From assembly GCA_030141605.1 (NCBI GenBank), contig JAQGDQ010000803.1:1-64000 (forward strand): a DNA stretch of 64,000 nt. Direction: 5' to 3'. A program made the position numbers and the translations under genes. The notes under the pieces were generated by a model. The model was given only the letters and a program-made list of their open reading frames with translations, searched no databases and had not been told where the DNA came from. The stretch comes from Tubiluchus corallicola (taxonomy: Eukaryota > Animalia > Priapulida). Positions 57,101-64,000 of this stretch are shown here, piece by piece; positions within the stretch are counted from its first letter, which is position 1; the number at the start of each line of letters is the position of its first letter.

Positions 57101-60100
57101 TTGTGCTAAAATGCCCATTTAGTCAGTGTGTAATACGTATATTTTACTCTCGTTTAACTGAATTACTGTTCTATAGCCGGTTATAACGATTTATACATGG
57201 GTGTAATCTCAATTAATTCTGCTGATATGCTATATATATATATTGATATATGTATAAGATTCAAGGTTACACCTTCAATGGCGGCACCATTAACGGCGAT
57301 CTATACATGAAACAAAAGGTCTTGATCTAGTGTCATGCCATTGGGGGTTTATTTTTCGAATCGGACCCACCACGACGAATGAGGGGCAAAAAACCTCCAA
57401 AAACGGCCATTTTTCGGCCGTTTTTTGCAAAACTTATACCTCTTATTTCTGAAGAACGGGAACAGGCCAGGGGCCTATGTCTATGACTATGACTACACCA
57501 GTGACTATGAAAGCTACACAAATACTTTTCCATAAAATTTACTTTTAAATATCATATGTTGTACTAACATTGTCTTAAAACTTGATATTTGATGTTTGTG
57601 TGACATGTTTAGCTTTCTTTAGCGCAGAATCATGAAAATATTCTTCGGATTTAGTGAACTTTTTCAGTTTTTCTACATTATGATTGTATATTCTGTTGAA
57701 TTAAGAAAAAACACATTCAGTAAATCTGATAGGATACTGACGTTAAGTCCAGTATGATTTTGTTGGTATAGTCTACTAATTAGAAATGCCGTTGCGTGTG
57801 CAAGAAAGCGCGCACATCAGTCAATCATAGACATGTGTCAGGATTGTTCTTTTTGCCTCACACTAGATTGCCAGTTTTGCTCAAGGCATCCATTGTTTGT
57901 GTAAAAGTAGACTGCTGTTTTTGACTAACAACATGGCGTACATTGTTTCCCTAACGAATATGTCCAGGTTTCTCTCTTATACACATCCACAGGCACTTAA
58001 ACATACTATTTGCTATTGTGTCTACTTTTGGCTACATATTAAACATACTATTAGCTATTGTGTCTACTTTTGGCTACATATTAAACATACTATTAGCTAT
58101 TGTGTCTACTTTTGGCTACATATTAAACATACTATTTGCTATTGTGTCTACTTTTGGCTACATATTAAACATACTATTAGCCATTGTGTCTACTTTTGGC
58201 TACATATTAAACATACTATTAGCTATTGTGTCTACTTTTGGCTACATATTAAACATACTGTTAGCTATTGTGTCTACTTTTGGCTACATATTAAACACTA
58301 TTTGCTATTGTGTCTACTTTTGGCTACATATTAAACATACTATTTGCTATTGTGTCTACTTTTGGCTACATATTAAACATACTATTAGCTATTGTGTCTA
58401 CTTTTGGCTACATATTAAACATACTATTAGCTATTGTGTCTACTTTTGGCTACATATTAAACATACTATTAGCTATTGTGTCTACTTTTGGCTACATATT
58501 AAACATACTATTTGCTATTGTGTCTACTTTTGGCTACATATTAAACATACTATTAGCTATTGTGTCTACTTTTGGCTACATATTAAACATACTATTAGCT
58601 ATTGTGTCTACTTTTGGCTACATATTAAACATACTATTTGCTATTGTGTCTACTTTTGGCTACATATTAAACATACTATTTGCTATTGTGTTTACTTTTG
58701 GCTACATATTAAACATACTATTTGCTATTGTGTCTACTTTTGGCTACATATTAAACATACTATTTGCTATTGTGTCTACTTTTGGCTACATATTAAACAT
58801 ACTATTTGCTATTGTGTCTACTTTTGGCTACATATTAAACATACTATGTGCTATAGTGTCTACTTTTGGCTACATATTAAATATATGAGTGGTTAACTGG
58901 GTATATTTATTGCACTAGTATCATTATTTTTATCAATTAATTGCACAAATGCAACAATTAACCTACTTAGGCGGTTTTCATTAGAAAGTTAGTGCTTTTT
59001 ATGACAATGCTTGATACCTAGTTCATTCTAGATATAGATTACAAATAGAGGATGGACTTAAAATTTATGTTTTTATAGCATTCCACATCCGAGATGTTTA
59101 TCGGCAGATTTTCCCGATGCTCAGCTGTTTAAGTCGCTATCCCATATAACACTGAGTCAAAATAAATGTCGTGTCCTACTTCATTCTCCGAGCCCGAGCT
59201 TGTGTATGCAATGGCTACCCGGATTTCAACATGACAAAGTTGCAGTCGGATATGCCGATGGTAATATTTTTATGCTAGAATTAATAAATAACTGATTTGC
59301 AAAATGACGTGCTGTGTTAGTTTGATTGGTTGTTGTATTTTGGTTGGCTAGTGGGTACGGCCGATTTGATTGTCCAGCTGGCTGGCTGGTTGGTTGGTTG
59401 GTTGTACTTTATTGCGTTTTTTTCTGTATTAAAAACTTCCTTTCTTCTATTGAATGTTTAATTTTTTGTACGTGATTTTGTAATTGTATTTAATTTTACA
59501 CACCCCCGTTAAAAACAAAACACAAAATGGATTGCTAGAGACATAGTAACAGTGCTTGGTTGTGTTGTGTTTTGTCTCTCTCGGAAGCCTCGTAGAGAAA
59601 ACCAGAAAACACTTTGTCAAATTAAACTAGTTTATTAAGCGAGAATTCTACAACACAGAAGTATGAAGGAACGCGAAATGATTACACTAAACGTGAAAAT
59701 CTGGAAAACGTTTTAAGTGTATCTGAATATACAAGTATACAAGAGAATGTGTAAGTGGCGTCCGTGTGAATCCCTGTGTCTGTTAGCAGCCTGCTTCGCC
59801 TTATATAGGGTGCCAAAGAAGTTTCTAGAAGTTACTTTCCAGAACATTCAATACGGTAAGACAATTATTCTAATGGAACATTCTACAATGTTCCATGTAA
59901 TTCTAATAGACGCCAGCGATCTCCACAACAGGTTTATACAAATCAGCTGACAGAAAAATGCAATTATTCTTAAAGCACAAGAAACCCGTTTACTTATGTG
60001 AGGCTTAAATAATCGTTTTGAAAGTTTAGATCACTTATTTACTTGTTTATTGTGCACAGAGCTTGTATTAGCGCAAATGATGAATAAAACTTGTAAATTT

Positions 60101-61666
60101 AATCTTCCCCGGTGACCGTTAGCTGCGGCCATTTTGATGGCTGGTCGTTTGAAACAAGTTTAGGCAACCATGTGTAAACTTTGAAAAAATAATCACAGCA
60201 TTCGTGGCACACACTTCAGTGACTCAGCAAAAGTATAAATTACTGCATCTTGTCAATAAGATCAATAATGCATTTTATGAGGAATGAATGGTGCGCACTG
60301 GGAAGGTTAGTCAGTGGTGCACACAGGGAAGGTTAGTCAGTGGTGTACACTGGGAAGGTTAGTCAGTGGTGCACACTGGGAAGGTTAGTCAGTGGTGTAC
60401 ACTGGGAAGGTTAGTCAGTGGTGCACACAGGGAAGGTTAGTCAGTGGTGTACACTGGGAAGGTTAGTCAGTGGTGCACACTGGGAAGGTTAGTCAGTGGT
60501 GTACACTGGGAAGGTTAGTCAGTGGTGCACACAGGGAAGGTTAGTCAGTGGTGTACACTGGGAAGGTTAGTCAGTGGTGCACACTGGGAAGGTTAGTCAG
60601 TGGTGTACACTGGGAAGGTTAGTCAGTGGTGCACACAGGGAAGGTTAGTCAGTGGTGTACACTGGGAAGGTTAGTCAGTGGTGCACACTGGGAAGGTTAG
60701 TCAGTGGTGCACACTGGGAAGGTTAGTCAGTGGTGCACACTGGGAAGGTGAGTCAGTGGTGCACACTGGGAAGGTTAGTCAGTGGTGCACACTGGGAAGG
60801 TGAGTCAGTGGTGCACACTGGGAAGGTTAGTCAGTGGTGCACACTGGGAAGGTTAGTCAGTAACATTTTGCAAGTTGGAGCAAATATTTTAAATTACTAA
60901 GAATTTCTTTTCTAGTTACATAAAACTTTTAACAGGTAAGCATAATAGGAAGCAACAATTTTGTGTGGCATATTTTTGGGATGCAATTTAAAATCACCTT
61001 TTCTTCCCCTCCAAGTATTCTCCATATATTAATTCTACTGGTATATATATATATATATATATATATATAAGATTCCAGGCTACAGCTCGGACGGCGGCAC
61101 CATTTGCGGCGATCTATATATCAAACGAAAGGTCTCGATTTAGTGTCGTGCCATTGGGGGTTTATTTTTCGAATCAGGCCCACTGCGAGGATGGGGGGGG
61201 GGTGTGAAAAACCTGAAAAAATGGCCATTTTTCGGCCGTTTTTTGCAAAACTTATACCTCTTATTTCTGAAGAATGGGAACGGGCCATGGGTGCCAGCTA
61301 TGGATAGATAGCCCGTTCAGTGGTGGGTGTCATAGGCGTATATAGAATTATACTCTATCTATAACCTTATAACTTTAATTCAGTAAAAGCTGCTGCTGCG
61401 GCTTTGCGTTAGGTAAATAAACGAACACTAGGTAGAACGTTCACGTATTATTGTTTTTACGCAAAATTTTTTGCGGGGCCTTTGCTAGTTTTTTACTAAT
61501 TATATTGTGTTTCTTACTGCAGGCAGAATAGCATTGTTCAACCTCGTCACCGACTCGCCATTGCTGAAAGTTGCTCAGGACGATGCACAAATCACTCTCT
61601 ATCCTTACTGCACGTTTCTTGCCGTTACCGGATGCGTGAAAAGTTTAGCTTGGTGTCCAGCTACAG
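51191..61666 (+). CDS. GTF3C2: GTF3C2 (TFIIIC110/beta)-like WD40 part of the same gene. Exons 51191-51374, 53162-53376, 55937-56113, 59079-59260, 61523-61666; continues past the window
   Basis: FPEWVP...YLPEESESP, YAGGPIWGAAWCPIP...QYIAV...GKGLIQIW, LQWCPSGCYD...PRLGLLAAACTDGKIRIISIPHP, VAVGYADGRIALFNLVTDSPLL...LYPYCTFLA...VKSLAWCP: collinear with GTF3C2 motifs. Confidence 0.88.
52102..52471. mobile_element. hAT-like MITE
   Basis: CAGGGGTGGAACTAG / CTAGTTCCGGCCCTG termini, TSD TAAAGGAG. Confidence 0.75.
53162..53376 (+). CDS. GTF3C2: GTF3C2 exon
   Basis: AGGPIWGAAWCPIP...QYIAVS...GKGLIQIW. Confidence 0.88.
53442..53561 (+). rRNA. Full-length 5S rRNA-like sequence (head of a SINE, no T-run terminator)
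   Basis: GACTACGGCC...TGATCACCGAAGTTAAGC...CTGGTTAGTACTTGGATGGGTGACCGCCTAGGAATACCAGGTGCTGTAGGCTT, 120 nt, internal control region boxes intact. Confidence 0.8.
53444..53985 (+). mobile_element. 5S rRNA-derived SINE (SINE3) with RTE-like body
   Basis: 13-bp TSD CAGAGAAAATAGA at 53431-53443 and 53986-53998; 5S head followed by a GC-rich body. Confidence 0.8.
54075..54816. mobile_element. hAT-Charlie-like MITE
   Basis: CGGTGGTTCCCAACCTG / CAGGTTAGCAACCATTG termini, TSD TTCTAAAG/TTCTAAAA. Confidence 0.7.
55076..55379. mobile_element. hAT-like MITE
   Basis: CAGGGCCGGATTA / TAACCCAGCCCTG termini, TSD TTCATCAC. Confidence 0.75.
55937..56113 (+). CDS. GTF3C2: GTF3C2 exon
   Basis: HLQWCPSGCYD...PRLGLLAAACTDGKIRII. 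Confidence 0.9.
57997..58882. repeat. 42-bp tandem array, about 21 copies
   Basis: TTAAACATACTATTWGCTATTGTGTCTACTTTTGGCTACATA. Confidence 0.95.
59079..59260 (+). CDS. GTF3C2: GTF3C2 exon
   Basis: IPHP...LCMQWLPGFQHDKVAVGYADG. Confidence 0.85.
60289..60861. repeat. 26-bp tandem array, about 22 copies
   Basis: CAGTGGTGYACACWGGGAAGGTTAGT. Confidence 0.95.
61043..61488 (+). mobile_element. Non-autonomous Helitron-like element
   Basis: Starts in (TA)n; subterminal hairpin CGCAAA..TTTGCG about 10 nt before terminal CTAG|T; partial copies at 57230-57480, 27110-27190 and 43292-43420 (minus strand 3' end). Confidence 0.6.
61523..61666 (+). CDS. GTF3C2: GTF3C2 exon
   Basis: RIALFNLVTDSPLLKV...LYPYCTFLAVTGCVKSLAWCPAT. 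Confidence 0.85.
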
Positions 61667-63278
61667 GTAACTATAATTGTAGTTTTGTCTTGCCGTTACC
61701 GGATGCGTGAAAAGTTTAGCTTGGTGTCCAGCTACAGGTAACTACAGTTGTAGTTTTGTCTTGCCGTTACCGGATGCGTGAAAAGTTTAGCTTGGTGTCC
61801 AGTTACAGGTAACTATAGCTGTAGTTTTATCTTGCCGTTACCGGATGCGTGAAAAGTTTAGTTTGGTGTCCAGCTACAGGTGACTATAGTTGTAGTTTTG
61901 TCTTGCCGTTACCGGATGCGTGAAAAGTTTAGCTTGGTGTCCAGCTACAGGTAACTACAGTTGTAGTTTTGTCTTGCCGTTACCGGATGCGTGAAAAGTT
62001 TAGCTTGGTGTCCAGCTACGGGTAACTACAGTTGTAGTTTTGTCTTGCCGTTACCGGATGCGTGAAAAATTTAGCTTGATGTCCTGCTACAGGTAACTAT
62101 AGCTGTAGTTTTATCTTGCCGTTACCGGATGCATGAAAAGTTTAGCTTGGTGTCCAGCTACAGGTAACTATAGTTGTAGTTTTGTCTTGCCGTTACCGGA
62201 TGTGTGAAAAGTTTAGCTTGGTGTCCAGTTACAGGTAACTATAGCTGTAGTTTTATCTTGCCGTTACCGGATGCGTGAAAAGTTTAGTTTGGTGTCCAGC
62301 TACAGGTGACTATAGTTGTAGTTTTGTCTTGCCGTTACCGGATGCGTGAAAAGTTTAGCTTGGTGTCCAGCTATAGGTAACTACAGTTGTAGTTTTGTCT
62401 TGCCGTTACCGGATGCGTGAAAAGTTTAGCTTGGTGTCCAGCTACGGGTAACTACAGTTGTAGTTTTGTCTTGCCGTTACCGGATGCGTGAAAAGTTTAG
62501 CTTGATGTCCTGCTACAGGTAACTATAGCTGTAGTTTTATCTTGCCGTTACCGGATGCATGAAAAGTTTAGCTTGGTGTCCAGCTACAGGTAACTATAGT
62601 TGTAGTTTTGTCTTGCCGTTACCGGATGCATGAAAAGTTTAGCTTAATGTCCAGCTACAGGTAACTATAGCTGTAGTTTTATCTTGCCGTTACCGGATGC
62701 GTGAAAAGTGTAGCTTGGTGTCCAGCTACAGGTAACTACAGTTGTAGTTTTGTCTTGCCGTTACCGGATGCGTGAAAAGTTTAGCTTGATGTCCAGCTAC
62801 AGGTAACTATAGTTGTAGTTTTGTCTTGCCGTTACCGGATGCGTGAAAAGTTTAGCTTGGTGTCCAGCTACAGGTAACTACAGTTGTAGTTTTGTCTTGC
62901 CGTTACCGGATGCATGAAAAGTTTAGCTTAATGTCCAGCTACAGGTAACTATAGCTGTAGTTTTATCTTGCCGTTACCGGATGCGTGAAAAGTTTAGCTT
63001 GGTGTCCAGCTACAGGTAACTACAGTTGTAGTTTTGTCTTGCCGTTACCGGATGCGTGAAAAGTTTAGCTTGAGGTCCAGCTACAGGTAACTATAGTTGT
63101 AGTTCTGTCTTGCCGTTACCGGATGCGTGAAAAGTTTAGCTTGGTGTCCAGCTACGGGTAACTACAGTTGTAGTTTTGTCTTGCCGTTACCGGATGCGTG
63201 AAAAGTTTAGCTTGGTGTCCAGCTACGGGTAACTATAGTTGTAGTTTTATCTTGCCGTTACCGGATGCGTGAAAAGTT
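61618..63278 (+). repeat. 71-bp tandem array (23 units plus a partial one) made of the exon 3' end and splice donor
   Basis: Unit CTTGCCGTTACCGGATGCGTGAAAAGTTTAGCTTGGTGTCCAGCTACAG|GTAACTATAGTTGTAGTTTTGT; first unit overlaps the GTF3C2 exon. Confidence 0.95.
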
Positions 63279-64000
63279 GCCACATTGCCATTTGAAGTAG
63301 AATCAAAGTACGGAAGAAATCAAAACTGCAGATTGATAAGGAAGCTGCTGACTCGCAGTTTTTGTTTGATGATTTCCAAAGTAGTGTAATCACCAGTAAT
63401 TTAATAATGAAGCAAGACAAAAACGATAGAACGAAAGTGTGCAATTCCACAAATGAGGTACATTCTAGTGCTGTAGTGGTAAGGTAGATTTACTGTCCAA
63501 AAAGATTTTCTCTTGACGGGAGTTGGAAGCTGGGGGAGGCAACACCGCCACCCCATCCCTCAAAGTTGCTGACTAAATGTATTAGTAGGCCTGGATAATG
63601 TAGCTAGATATGGATTGTCGTGGCGAATCATTATCTGGAAGATTTTGTCTTGGAGAAAATTTTGAAAAATAAACATCACGTTTAAAATGTCAGTAACATT
63701 TGTGAAATACATGTATGTGTTCATTTAAATGTCTTAAATTGCACACTAAATATTAATTGGTATTTATAATATGGTACCCAGACTTGCGTTTTACATTTTT
63801 CATTGCTATGCACTGTGTGTCATTAATGAAGTGAACTCAGTTATATTCACACCACAACACGTTTTAGCGACTGTCTGTTCATCAGAATTTCGTAACTGAA
63901 TTCAGTTAATTTTCTTCCCTGCCATGCCGTGTGTTGCTATAGGATATACATCGCAGTGATACGATAAATTTATACAATCATAAAATGATTAAAAACCAAA

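Noticed and set aside
57973-57987. TCTCTTATACACATC, 15 nt matching the Tn5 mosaic end / Nextera adapter
   Set aside because: Mismatches on both sides of the 19-mer and no adjoining adapter sequence; most likely chance, though raw reads could confirm.
63943-64000. Next GTF3C2 exon after TAG at 63942
   Set aside because: The required phase meets TGA within five codons; the next exon is probably outside the window.

Overview
Animal (probably invertebrate) genomic DNA, AT-rich and dense in transposons and satellites, containing three genes assembled by hand from splice sites and reading-frame phase. (1) A minus-strand SLC18B1-like MFS transporter (coding exons 14594..972, running off the left edge) with a duplicated pair of 91-nt exons that must be mutually exclusive. 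(2) A minus-strand nibrin (NBN/NBS1) whose whole 687-aa CDS is intronless. (3) Head-to-head with NBN across a near-palindromic E2F-type site, a plus-strand gene (at least 19 coding exons, 29953..61666, running off the right edge) in which a ZNF512-like array of four C2HC+C2H2 finger pairs splices in frame into a GTF3C2 (TFIIIC110/beta)-like WD40 region. The introns hold many hAT MITEs with 8-bp TSDs, pogo/Tigger MITEs, a Helitron, a tRNA-headed Meta-type SINE, a 5S rRNA-headed SINE with a 13-bp TSD, Penelope-like ends with hammerhead-like motifs, LINE remnants and many tandem arrays. One array copies a GTF3C2 splice donor 23 times. Gene identities rest on remembered motif similarity, not database searches.
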